This document shows positions 21,268-34,388 of a stretch of 51,831 bases of DNA, piece by piece. Location: positions 9,280,414-9,332,244 of the forward strand of contig NC_069002.1 of the NCBI RefSeq assembly GCF_001194135.2, written 5' to 3'. The notes under the pieces were generated by a model, which had not been told where the DNA came from, did no database searches, and was given only the letters and a program-made list of their open reading frames with translations. The DNA is from Octopus bimaculoides. Taxonomy: Eukaryota. Positions within the stretch are counted from its first letter, which is position 1. Each line of letters opens with the position of its first letter. The position numbers were made by a program, and so were the translations under genes.

Positions 21268-24200
21268 CAGACACAAACAAAAAAACNNNNNNNNNNNNNN
21301 NNNNNNNNNNNNNNNNNNNNNNNNNNNNNNNNNNNNNNNNNNNNNNNNNNNNNNNNNNNNNNNNNNNNNNNNNNNNNNNNNNNNNNNNNNNNNNNNNNNN
21401 NNNNNNNNNNNNNNNNNNNNNNNNNNNNNNNNNNNNNNNNNNNNNNNNNNNNNNNNNNNNNNNNNNNNNTTCTTTCTTTTAAACTTTTACCATGGAAACA
21501 TGTTATTGTATACAAAAAAAAAAAAGAAAAGAAAAAGAGAAAACAAAAACAAAACCAACAAATAAATTGTCTTATGTAATAGCAACAACAGAAGAAAGGT
21601 ACATTAGGAAACTAAGTAGAAAATAACAGTTTTGTTTATTTGTTTATTTCCAAAATATTCCCCAAAATTGTCCAACTGCTTTTAATAAGACTTCAAGGAT
21701 GAATTTGAAAATGATAATAACAAAAAAAAAAAAAAAAATCAAGAAGACTTAAGAACATTCCAAAAACCATAAAAAAAAAAAAAATTAATGTTAGTAATTT
21801 TGTTTGGGTTTGTATAGATGGCATCATCCATACACGTTTCTGTGTGTGAAGAAAAGATTGTGAAAATGCAAAGCTCTTTTGTTATATAAATGACCTTAAG
21901 ATTGCAGAAGAAGAACCAATGGTGTAATTATTATTATTTATGTTATTGTTGTTGCTTTGTTTTATGCGAGCTGCTCCGAGTCTCACCCAGAGACTTCAAG
22001 TAACAACAAATGGATGTTTTTTACTATGGGTGTTAGCAGTGACGTATTGTAAGGAAGGAAGAGGAGAAACTGGGAACTAAGATTCTGTTAAGAGTTCTTA
22101 AGAGAATAAGATATTTTCAGGTTGGCTATGTTTTGCTTAGGACTCCTTATTACCATTGTTATTACCATGGTGGAGAGCTGGCAGAACCGTTAGCATGCCG
22201 GGCAAAAATGCTTAGCACCATTTCTTCTGTCTTTATGTTCTGAGCTCAAATTCCACTGAGGTCGACTTTACCTTTCATCCTTTCGAGGTCGATAAAATAA
22301 NNNNNNNNNNNNNNNNNNNNNNNNNNNNNNNNNNNNNNNNNNNNNNNNNNNNNNNNNNNNNNNNNNNNNNNNNNNNNNNNNNNNNNNNNNNNNNNNNNNN
22401 NNNNNNNNNNNNNNNNNNNNNNNNNNNNNNNNNNNNNNNNNNNNNNNNNNNNNNNNNNNNNNNNNNNNNNNNNNNNNNNNNNNNNNNNNNNNNNNNNNNN
22501 NNNNNNNNNNNNNNNNNNNNNNNNNNNNNNNNNNNNNNNNNNNNNNNNNNNNNNNNNNNNNNNNNNNNNNNNNNNNNNNNNNNNNNNNNNNNNNNNNNNN
22601 NNNNNNNNNNNNNNNNNNNNNNNNNNNNNNNNNNNNNNNNNNNNNNNNNNNNNNNNNNNNNNNNNNNNNNNNNNNNNNNNNNNNNNNNNNNNNNNNNNNN
22701 NNNNNNNNNNNNNNNNNNNNNNNNNNNNNNNNNNNNNNNNNNNNNNNNNNNNNNTCGACTTTGCCTTTCATCCTTTTGGGGGTCGATAAAATAAGTACCA
22801 GTTAAATACTGGGGTCGTTGTAATCAACTTAACCCCTCCCACCCCAGAAACTGATGGCCTTGAGCCAAAATTTCAAATTATTATTAAGGCAGAAAATTGA
22901 CAAAATTTTGCCCATTTTTACCTTCAGATTAGAAATTCCACTGGGGTCTACTTTGCCTTTCAACCTTTCGGAGTCGATAAACTAAGTACCACTTGAGCAC
23001 TGTGGTTGATGCAGTTGACTTCCCCTCCCCTCAAATTGGCTGGCCTTGTGCCAAATTAAGAAAGGATTATTATTATTATTATATTTAGGCATGTACTTTT
23101 TCTTTATTGCTACTTCAAATCATGCTTGGGTTAACCTTGTCTTTCATCATGCTGTTTGGAGAATGTGTGTGTGTGGGGGGGGGGAAGGATTAGAAAAGTA
23201 CTAGTAATATAAAATACCATACAACTTGTTTTATTAAAATTATCTCCACCTCTAGAGGATGTGTCACTTTTACCAAATGGTAATGAAAACCAAATCCGCT
23301 TAAATAGGGAGATAATCTCACAAATCAAGAATTCTCCAAAGTTGACATGTTATTAAATATTGTCTGGAGATAAGAGGGCAGTTGTGGATGCATGTTTCTG
23401 GCTCAATAGCCATCATCAGCACACTTTTCTTACCTTGTCTCCAGTAGCCAAGTAGCTTAGACATTTTACAAAAAAATCACTTAGATAATTTGCATAAGTT
23501 AAATAAAAAAAAAAAGATCCAAGAGAAATAACTCAGGCTAGTGACATGTATTTGAAGAACATAGACTAATACAGGTATATCAAACACTATATAACATTAA
23601 TTTTTGATGTATTAAAATTATCTCCACTTTTACAGGATGTGTCATATTTACCAATTGGCAATTAAAGACCAGCTCCTTGAGGAGGGAAGTAATTTCAAGG
23701 ATCAAGAAATAACTCAAAAAGGCTAGTAGTATATGTATTTGAACAATATTGACAAATACAGGTGTATCAAACATTATACAATGTACAAGTAATAATATAG
23801 GATTGACTGTGTACATTCTTTTTCATATAACTTGCTTTGTACCAAGCTGAAAGAACGTGTGATTATATAAGTCAGTTAATGATTGATATCGACATTTTGT
23901 GTCAAATGCCGTTTTTATTTTTGTCAGATGTTTTCTTTCATAATTGTTTTGAAACCAAAAAAATCTTTTTAAACGAAAACAAACATTGGTAAATTCATAA
24001 TCAAAGAATTTAAAACAAAAGTAACAATTTTTTTTCTGAATATGGAAATGGGTATAATGCATTTTTTCCTAAATTATATATATACAAGTGTATATGTATA
24101 CATATATAATATATTTGCAAACAATAATTTGTAAGTTCTATATAAACCGCATATTTATATATATTATGATGACAAAGATAATATTTGCTCAGTAATCAAA

Positions 24201-25957
24201 TAAGTGTTGCTAATGTTATAATTTGTAAGATTAGCAATGGCCAATCAATGAGGCAATGGTAGAATTTGATTCCTATGGAGTTGGAATGATCAAAATAAAT
24301 AAAAAAGAACCCTTCCACTTGTCCTGCTGTTTCAGTTTTTGTGGAAGATTTATTGTTTAACATTATTTTGTGAAAAGAGATTTTTACTAGGAATTCTTTT
24401 TCCAACAAGAAGTTATTGCTTATAATGTAATAAACCCTTTCTGTTTACCATCTGTGTGCATGGTGACTAAGATTAGCAATCCCTTATATTTCTCATCATC
24501 TAGCAGCCACCTAGATACCAAGTCATGTGTGGCTCTTAATTAAAAAACTAGTCATTAATTAGTATAGTAATTTAATCTGTTATAAGCCTACAATGAGGCT
24601 TATATATGCAGAAATAGCTTTACATGCTAAAAATAATAGCCAAATTTCCCCTTAAAAAATTAACTAATCAAAAAATCAATAGCAGGGAAGATACATTGCA
24701 TAATTTAGCTGTTGATAAATGAAATGGGATGGTCATGGCTGGAATGCCTTTGATCTATTGGTCTGGGCTGACCTGGGGGGGAGGGTGTCTAAAATTTAAA
24801 AAAAAAAAAAAAAAAAAAATTAAAAATGTGAAATTATCTTTGTTTGTAATCTTTGTATTGGTACATATGAAGATTGTGTGTCTTGCATTGAGACTTTTTT
24901 TTTAGCAGAGGCAAACTGTTTTGTAATTTTCAGTTATTAAAGAAAAATCTAAAGATAAGTAAACTACAACCCTGACTCTGTTAAATATTAACATTTTTTT
25001 TTTTTTTACTTTGGTTTTGGGTAAAAAGAAAATACAGGAGAATCAGTTATGATTTTGACATATTCCCCTTTCAGATTCACATACTTATTGCAGCAGTTTT
25101 TCTAAGCCCTGTAAAAGAACTCAAAAGGTTAGACCTCCAACCAGAACTTTTGCAATATCCTTAAAGCCAGCAACTTTACAGCACCCCTCATGTATGTGGG
25201 TGTTTGTATGTGAATTTGGGTGTCATTGTCTTGAAACTGCATGATAGTTTTAAATAAGTACCTCTGTCATACATGTAGTCTTCCTTGTTTTTAGTTATCC
25301 ATGGAAAACGCTTGGTCATGGGGAAATATTACCACCATGCTTGGAAACAGATGAGGGTTGGTGACGGAAAGGACATCCAGCTACAGAAAATCTACCTCAA
25401 CACATTCCATCAGACACATCTGAGCTTGGAAATGTGGACGTTGCTCAATATAATCCTGCCATTGATAGAACCCCGTACATGACTGGTACTTTATTTTATA
25501 AAGTACCAGTCATGTACAGGGTTCTGATGTAATTGACTTGTCCCCTCCCCTCAAGATACTGATCTTGACACCCTGCAACAGATGACGTCCTGTTCAGAGG
25601 GAATGTTATGATCTCAATCATTTGTATGCCATGGAAACCAAGTAACCAGCCTTGTAAGTTCTAAGACTTAAAGAATTAAATGAAGAAAAACAATATATTT
25701 TGGTAACAGAATAATCCTTCCTACTAAAGGCACAAGGCCTAAAATTTTGGGGGATAGGGCCAGTTGATTAGATTGACCTTAGTATGCAAATGGTACTTAA
25801 TTTATCAAGGCTGAAAGGCAAAGTCGACCTTGGCGGAATTTGAACTCAGAACGTAGCGATGGGTGAAATGCTGCTAAGCATTTTGTCTAGCATGCTAACG
25901 ATTCTGCCAGCTCACCAACCTTGATAACAGAATAATAAAAACCAATGAATTTCAAAG

Positions 25958-25963
25958 TTTATT
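25958..25963 (-). terminator. Candidate poly(A) signal for ORC3
   Basis: AATAAA on the minus strand about 80 nt after the ORC3 stop. Confidence 0.4.
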
Positions 25964-26040
25964 ACAGCTTATTTTATATAAAATATAAACAAATGAAATA
26001 TCTGAGTTTATATCCAGCATGAAAGAAGAGATGTTTAGAA

Positions 26041-26146
26041 TCAACACCCACCCCATGTTAACCGGGCGACATGATCGGTTTTCTGGCGTGTAGGCTTGAT
26101 GAATCCTAGGAACTGTAATTCTGAAATTGCTTGAATAAAACGAGCT
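26041..26146 (-). CDS. ORC3: ORC3 exon 20 (Q)[34 protein letters not shown]
   Basis: ttcactag|A GCT CGT; TGA at 26043-26041. Confidence 0.96.
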
Positions 26147-29100
26147 CTAGTGAATAAAGTTAAAGAAATCACAAAGTAACCAAGAGATTAAATAAACAAA
26201 AAAGACCATGATGACAAAGATGTCAAAAATTTCGACCACAGCCAAGTTCAATGCCCCACTCATTCTTATCTGTTACATACCTTAAACCTTTATCATTCAG
26301 ATTACTCTGTCAAATGTGGAGGCACAATGGCGCAGCGGACTCGCAGTCATAGGATCTCGCTTTCGATTCCCAAACCGGGCGTTGTAAGTGTTTATTGAGC
26401 GAAAACACTTAAAGCTTCACAAGGCTTCGGCAGGGGATGGTGGCGAACCCTGCTGTACTCTTTCACCACTTCGGGGACTTTGAGTCCCTGGTAGGGTCAC
26501 CCAATGCAGACAGGTCTGACACGGCCACAACCCAGCTAACTGGAGGGTAATGGTGAATTCCAGACAGAATCTGTTCTAGAATCCAGCAGCTTCCTGGTGG
26601 TGTTGGATCATGTCTGCAAGTATCCTGCGACGAGAAGGCACAACACAAGGATGACCTGCCACTGGTCATGTATGGTGGCTTACGAATACAGACAGGGACT
26701 GTTTTCACAGACTCTGATCATTCCTTGAAACTCTCATGAACTCACAACAAAACTACAACTATATATAAAGATGGGATGGTCATGACTGGAAAAGTTTTGA
26801 TCATAAGTCAGCTCAGTCAGAGTCGACCTGGGGTTAAGCAACACATGCACACACACACACTTCAAATAAAGGATACTGTAATACTTTGTGTTGGTCTTTA
26901 CGTTTCGGTTTGTTTTCAGAATCTTCAAGAACAGTAATAAATGACTGTAATATAATCATAAACTTTAATTAAAACAAACACACCACTGACTTAATTAATC
27001 GAAAATGTTTCTGAATTGTTTTTATGTTGCTTGGTAAAACACAAGCAACAAATGGCCAAATTAATAAGATGGTACCAAAAAAATGTATTAGGTTGATGCT
27101 CAGGAAAATTGGAAGATGTCTTTAACATTTTAAGCACATGTTTTTCAATGGAAAGAGAAAAATAAAGAATAGACAGTAAGCGTGTCTCAATTAGACAGTC
27201 ACTGCATGCTGCCCTTTTACTATGGAAATCAGAAATGTCCACTGAAAATTTCCTTACCTGCAGAAAGTAGTTTTATACACTAACCTATCTTTTGTTGAGG
27301 AGTATCATGTTTGAAACTATTACAAGAGGCTGGGCACCTCTTCAGCTGGCCAGCTTCTGTCAAACCATCCAACCCATGCACGTATGGAAAACAGACATTA
27401 AATGATGATGATAATAATTTCTGTTTGGGTAAAACCTTTATTTCTTAACGCTATAAAACCCCACCAACTTACAACTTATGATGATAGCTTTTGATTCCAT
27501 AGTTTACCAAGAAAAAGTAGCCCATTTGTAATCTTTAATCCAATCTATATAAAGAGAGTAGTGGAAAGATGAAATATAAATCTTACTTACTTGTAACCAA
27601 TCATATAAATTGATTAAACGCCCACATTCAAGATGTAGTTTATATGCAACACTAACATCTGGGAAGGTAGACAGAATCACTCCGGGGTCAGCTTCACAGC
27701 AAGAACACTATATAAAAATGAAAAGATGTGGCAAAGTTAAGAAAATGTGATCCTTTCTATTTAAAAATTTTATTTAATATGGACATTTTAATTTAATGCT
27801 ATGAGCCTTTCCACAAAAAAAAAATCATTAAAAACAAAAATAAAAGCAAAAACATCCAATAAAATAAAATCTGTCCAACCCATGCCAGCCTGAAAGATGG
27901 ATATTAACTCCTTTGTTATCATATTTCTGTAAACATATGCTACCTTTATTAAGTTGGGGTCTGGAACAAATTAGCATAAAATTTTGAAGGAAGATTATAA
28001 TTTAGACCACTTTAAGACAGTAAGCTTATGTCATCGAACCTGGGGTGGTCTCAAGCAGGTTGGTATCAAAAGGGTTAAAAGCTGATGATGCTGATGATGA
28101 TCAATGTCATATCTGATAAGTTTGCTGTCATCAATTCACCACAGGGAAGGTTCACCGTCATCAATTCAGTGTCCCCCCCCCCACCAATAAAATAAGTTTT
28201 TAATTATTAATAGTGAGGCGAAAGCAAGATTGTGATGGCACCTGTGCCCAGCATCGCCTTTCTGGCGCTTGTGCCCGCGGCATATGTAAGGACTTTCGAG
28301 TGAGATCGTTGCCAGTGCCCCTGGACTGGCTCTTGTGCGGGTGGCACATAAAATACACCATTTTGAGCGTGGCCGTTGCCAGTACCGCCTGACTGGCCTT
28401 CGTGCGGCTGACACGTAAAAGCACCCTCTACACTCTCTGAGTGGTTGGCGTAAGGAAGGGCATTCAGCTGTAGAAACTCTGCCAAATCAGATTGGAGCCT
28501 GGTGTAGCCATCTGGTTTCACCAGTCCTCAGTCAAATCGCCCAGCCCATGCTAGCATGGAAAGCAGACGTTAAACGACGATGATGATGATGATACTATGG
28601 ATATATTTTCTCGGTAAACTTACAATTGCAGTGAACTTTCTTTGTGGTAAATCGATGGTGGCGAACTTTCCCTGCAGTGAACTTACCTGTAATGAATGAT
28701 GACGATGATGATGTCAACATATAAGAAAGACAGAGGATAACTTCAATACGTACCTTGAGATAGGAATGTGGTTGCGAGAGAGCTTTCTGGATGGCTGCTC
28801 GAGGACACGCAGTAAAATAATCCTGTAATATTGGCAACGAATCATAGTAGAAGATTTCATGAAGAGGAATGCTTGAGGGACATTTCAAGAAGATTCTAGA
28901 AAATAAAAAAAAAAACAGGAAAATAAAAATATTTTCTCAGATCAGCACAAGGCCAGAATTTTATATGTAAGTGATCTAGTCATTTGAACTGGTTGTTAAT
29001 TAATGATTCTTAACTTACTGACCCTGGTTAGTAAGACAGATAAAGTCCATAACAAGATTTGAACTCGGAATGCATAAGAACAGAACTACATAGAACCGAG

Positions 29101-32100
29101 TGCCACACTAGTAATATAAACTACAAATTTTCTGAGGAGATATCCAATATGTGCAGGTATGGTATAGGTGTAGGCATGGCATAGACGCAGGTGTAGCTGG
29201 GTGGTTGAGAAGCTTGCTTCCCAACCACATGGGTTTTGAGTTCAGTCCCACTGTGTGGCACCTTGGGTAAGTGTCTTCTACTAAAGCCCCAGGCCGACCA
29301 AAGTCTTGTGAGTGCATGTGGCAGATGGAAACTGAAAGAAGCCCACTGTGTGTATACACACACCCCCACACATATTTATGTATGTGTGTGTGTGTATGTG
29401 GATGTTTGTTTCTCCTTGTCTTGACACAATGGAAGGCAAAGGTAGTCCTACCTGAAATTGCTGTCCATATAGGAAATGATTTCTTCACGCAATTTCTCAA
29501 ATGGAGACAGTTTCTTCTTTTTCTTATCCATTTCTTGCAAAGTCTGAAACAGATCAAAATACAATCTTTTATCTTTCACAGCATCCAATGAGTTGCAGGA
29601 ACTATCTTACTCCATACCTCTCTTTCGGCATAGTTTCTACAACTGGACGCCCTTCCTTAATGCCAAACACTTCACATATGTATACCGGATTCATTTTTCC
29701 CTGGCACCAACACAGTACAGGTTACCTTGTCCCTGGTAAAACTAAACAGTCCTCTCAACTCTGTGTCATCTCTACTTGATTCACCAACCACTTCACAGAG
29801 TGTACAAGGTCTTTTCTCATGGAACCAACACTAGTAAGGCCCCTTGTTATTTGTAAGACTAAAGAAGTCCCTTGACTGAAGGGAGAACAAGACTGAGTGA
29901 TGACATTAACCCTTAACATTCAAATTACTCTTTCAAATGTAATGCTTATTTATTCACATTATTGGTGTTAAGAAGGGCATCCAGCAGTAGAAACCATGCC
30001 ACAACAGACAGTTGGAGTCTGGACAGCTCCCTGCTAGCCAGCTTCATGTCAAATCATCCAACCCATGCCAGGGAGGAGCGGCTTATTTTATAAAGGAAGA
30101 AGTATTTGAAGCAACACAGCTTATGTAATACTTATGCATTGTGTGTGTGTGTACATTATAAAAGTGAGAGATAGACACAAACTTGCCTTTCGTAGATTAT
30201 GGAGATTTGTTCGTTTAGGTAACTGTGCCAGTTCTTCATCGTCAGAATTGCTTTTGCCCTCTTCTTCATCAAGTTTCATACCTAGTGGGGAGAAAAAAAA
30301 AATTATTTGTTTTAAGGTGACTCTAAAGCAAATGTCTTATGGTGTCATGGTACAGGTGTGGCTGTGTCGTTGAAAAGCTTGCTTTCCCAACCATGTGGTC
30401 TTTGGCTCAATTCCACTTCAAAGCACCCTATAGCCATATATAAATATATATATATATAAATTTAGTAAATGGAGTAAAACGCATATGTTAAATGAATTCA
30501 TTTAAAATATGCGTTTTACTCCATTCACTAAATTTATATATACTCAAGTACCCAAAATAACAAGGAATTTCTACCTCATAAACAGGAGTTATACACCACA
30601 GTCATTTTGTGATCTTTGCTACCCTGGTATCTATTAACCAATTTATTTTGTCCGAGTTAATTATTAACTCAGAGAAAATAAATACATATAATGAAATATA
30701 TATATAAAATAAAATGATAAAATGAATATATATATATATATATATAAACAGATCATATGTTGTCAATTAGTAAAAGACAATAATGATGATGATGATGATG
30801 CAATGGGCTTCTTATTGTGCACCAAATCCACTTACANNNNNNNNNNNNNNNNNNNNNNNNNNNNNNNNNNNNNNNNNNNNNNNNNNNNNNNNNNNNNNNN
30901 NNTCTTTGCACACACCCATTCCTGTGCCTGATATATTTCAAAATATATAAAAAAAAAAAAGCACGCCATATACATTTGCAAACATGGTAATTAACAAAAT
31001 TAAAAGAAGAAAAAAAAAAAACTGACCATCAAGGTCCTCCAGCATTTTCAGAAAGTCACACAATTTAGAACAAACAGGAACACAAGAGTCAGTTAATGTT
31101 TGTTTAAGTAAACTGTCTTGGCAACTTATCAGCATATTTTCCAATTCATCTTTTGACAGAAATCTGGACAAAAAAAAAAACAAACAATAAATAAACATTG
31201 ATCTTAGTCCAAGAGTTTCAAAAATGATAACCAAGCTGGCATTCCAACCATGTGATCTTGGGTTCAATCCCACTGTGTGACACCTTGAGCAAGGCAAGTG
31301 TCTTCTACTATGATTCTGGGCCAACATTATTAATCAAGTATCATTATTCTTTATTCATTCATTAGACACTGAGTTGTGGCTACAACAGGGCATTACCATC
31401 AAGGGCTTTCGCTAATTAATAGTTAAACTAAAAGACTTGGCTTATAGCAAGTTGTTACGCAGTTCTTTAAATATGTAATTTTATTTGCATTTATTTCTAT
31501 TTTTATTGCAATCGGTGTCACCCTGTCAGTGCTGCTGTCATGTAAAATGCACTGGTGCTGGCGTCCCAGAGTGTGCAGGGTGCTTCTTATGTGACACCAG
31601 CAAAGGTGCTTTTTATGTGGCACTGGCAAAGGCACCAACAACATATCTCTCTTGGTACAGTTGGTCATAATGATGGCATTGGTTACATGAAACCAAAGAG
31701 ATTCAACAGAGAGTTTTGTATCATTAAAGAATTTTGGTGCATCTAAAAATTTCATAGCAAGATAATGAGTGTTCTTGCTCTTTCAGTAGCAGATTGTGAG
31801 AAAGGACAGAAGTGGGATGAAGAGAATTAAGAAACTTTTTGGTGGGATAAAGAGAAGTGGGATGAAGAGAATTAAGAGACTTTTTGGTGGGACAAAGAGA
31901 ATTAAGAAACTTTTTGGTGGGACTAAGAGAATTAAGAAACTTTTTGGTGGGACGAAGAGAATTAAGAAACTTTTTGGTGGGACGAAGAGAATTAAGAAAC
32001 TTTTTGGTGGGACGAAGAGAATTAAGAAACTTTTTGGTGGGACTAANNNNNNNNNNNNNNNNNNNNNNNNNNNNNNNNNNNNNNNNNNNNNNNNNNNNNN

Positions 32101-34156
32101 NNNNNNNNNNNNNNNNNNNNNNNNNNNNNNNNNNNNNNNNNNNNNNNNNNNNNNNNNNNNNNNNNNNNNNNNNNNNNNNNNNNNNNNNNNNNNNNNNNNN
32201 NNNNNNNNNNNNNNNNNNNNNNNNNNNNNNNNNNNNNNNNNNNNNNNNNNNNNNNNNNNNNNNNNNNNNNNNNNNNNNNNNNNNNNNNNNNNNNNNNNNA
32301 AGAGAATTAAGAAACTTTTTGGTGGGACGAAGAGAATTAAGAAACTTTTTGATGGGATAAAGAGAATTAAGAAACTTTTTTCCCCTCCAACTCATGACAG
32401 CATCAAAAAAATGAACATTAACAGAACAACATCAACAATGGCGGGGGACAATGACAGAATTGTATTTTGAACAAACCTCAAAAGATTCATAGCTTCTTGG
32501 TACTGTTCCGAATCACAGACAAATTGTTTCAAACATAACAGATATAATTCTCGTCTCTGACAACAGAAAATGAAATTATTTCAATGTTTCTTATTTCTGA
32601 TTGTTTAATTTTAATTCTAAAGAGAAAATCAAAAATCTGGTACAGATACAAAATCGGCTTTCTGGACATGATGGTCCAGAGCCTCTTATAACGTACAGGT
32701 ATTTGTACTTCATTTAATTAATTAAATTTAATAATTTGTTTAATTTAGAAATTGTTGACCAAGATGACCACACCTGGATCAGAAAGATGAATAATTAAAA
32801 AAAGATCTTTAGAATCATAGATTCCTGAGAATCGATGTTTAACATAGATGTGTGTGTGTGTGTGATCCTCATCGCTTCACATCCACTTTCCATGCTGGCA
32901 TGGGTATATAGACATATAGGTAGACAGACTGGCAAAAAAAAAAAAAAAAAAGGTCCAACACAATAATTACTAAACTTCAAGATCATTGGGCTCACAATCA
33001 CAAGGTAGTGAGTTCGATTCCTGGTCAGGGCTGTGTGTTGTGTTCTTGAGCAAGACACTTTATTTCACGTTGCTCTATTTCACTCAGCTGTGGAAATGAG
33101 TTGTGACATCACTGGTGCCAATGTATATCAGTCTTTGCTTTTCCCTTTCCCTGGATAACATCCGTGGTATGGAGAGGGGAGGCTGATATGCATGGGTGAC
33201 TGCTGGTCTTCCATAAACAACCTTGCCTGGACTCATGCCTCAGAGGGGAACTTTCTAGGTGCAATCCATCTCTTCTGTGTGGCGACATGTAAAAGCACCC
33301 AGTACCCTCCGTAAAATGGTTGGCATTAGGAAGGGCATCAGACCATAGAAACCATGCTGAATCAGACTGGAGCCGCTCTCCAGCTGGACAGCTCTGGCCA
33401 AACCATCCAACCCATGCCAGCATGGACAATGGACATTAAATAATGATGATTGTGATGAAATTTAAGGTATTGCCCCAATGACAGAAACAAGGAAAAGTAT
33501 AAAAAATAGAAAAAAAATAAATCTTACTTGCTTTCCAAGTGGATATTTTGGTAATTTGCCAACAAGAATATGAAGACAGTTGAGCATAATGAAGAAGTTC
33601 TTGTGATAGAGGTGGGAATCTTCCAAAAGTTTTGCTAATTCTTTCTGGAAATAACAAAACAGAATACATTAATATATCATCATCACCATTTAATGTCCTC
33701 TTTTCCGTGCTGGTGTGGGTCACATGGAATTTACAGAGGCAGATTTTCTACAGTTGGAGGCCATTCCTGTCACCAACCATCACCTGTTCCGTTTCTTTTT
33801 ATTTATATATACATATAGTGCAATGGCCCAGTGGTTAGGGCAGTGGACTCATGGTCGGAGGATCACAGTTTCGATTCCTAGTTGTGTGTGTTTATTGAGC
33901 AAAAACACCTAAAGCTCCACGAGGCTCCAGCAGGGGGTGGTGGCGACCCCTGTTGTACTCTTACGCCCCAACTTTCTCTCACTCTTTCTTCCTGTTTTTT
34001 GAGTAACGCTGCGATGGACTGGCGTCCCGTCCAGCTGGGGGGAACACATACGCCATAGAAACTGGGAAACCGGGCCTATGAGCCTGGCTAGGCTTTAAAA
34101 GGGCACATAATAAATAATAAAATACATATAGCAGTATACGTACATCTTTTGCTCAG

Positions 34157-34204
<48 letters not shown>

Positions 34205-34337
34205 TGTACAANNNNNNNNNNNNNNNNNNNNNNNNNNNNNNNNNNNNNNNNNNNNNNNNNNNNNNNNNNNNNNNNNNNNNNNNNNNNNNNNNNNNNNNNN
34301 NNNNNNNNNNNNNNNNNNNNNNNNNNNNNNNNNNNNN

Positions 34338-34388
<51 letters not shown>

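Noticed and set aside
31724-32470. ORFs of [10 protein letters not shown] / RELRNFLVG repeats
   Set aside because: Translation of a 30-bp intronic minisatellite inside ORC3 intron 13; no splice or start context.
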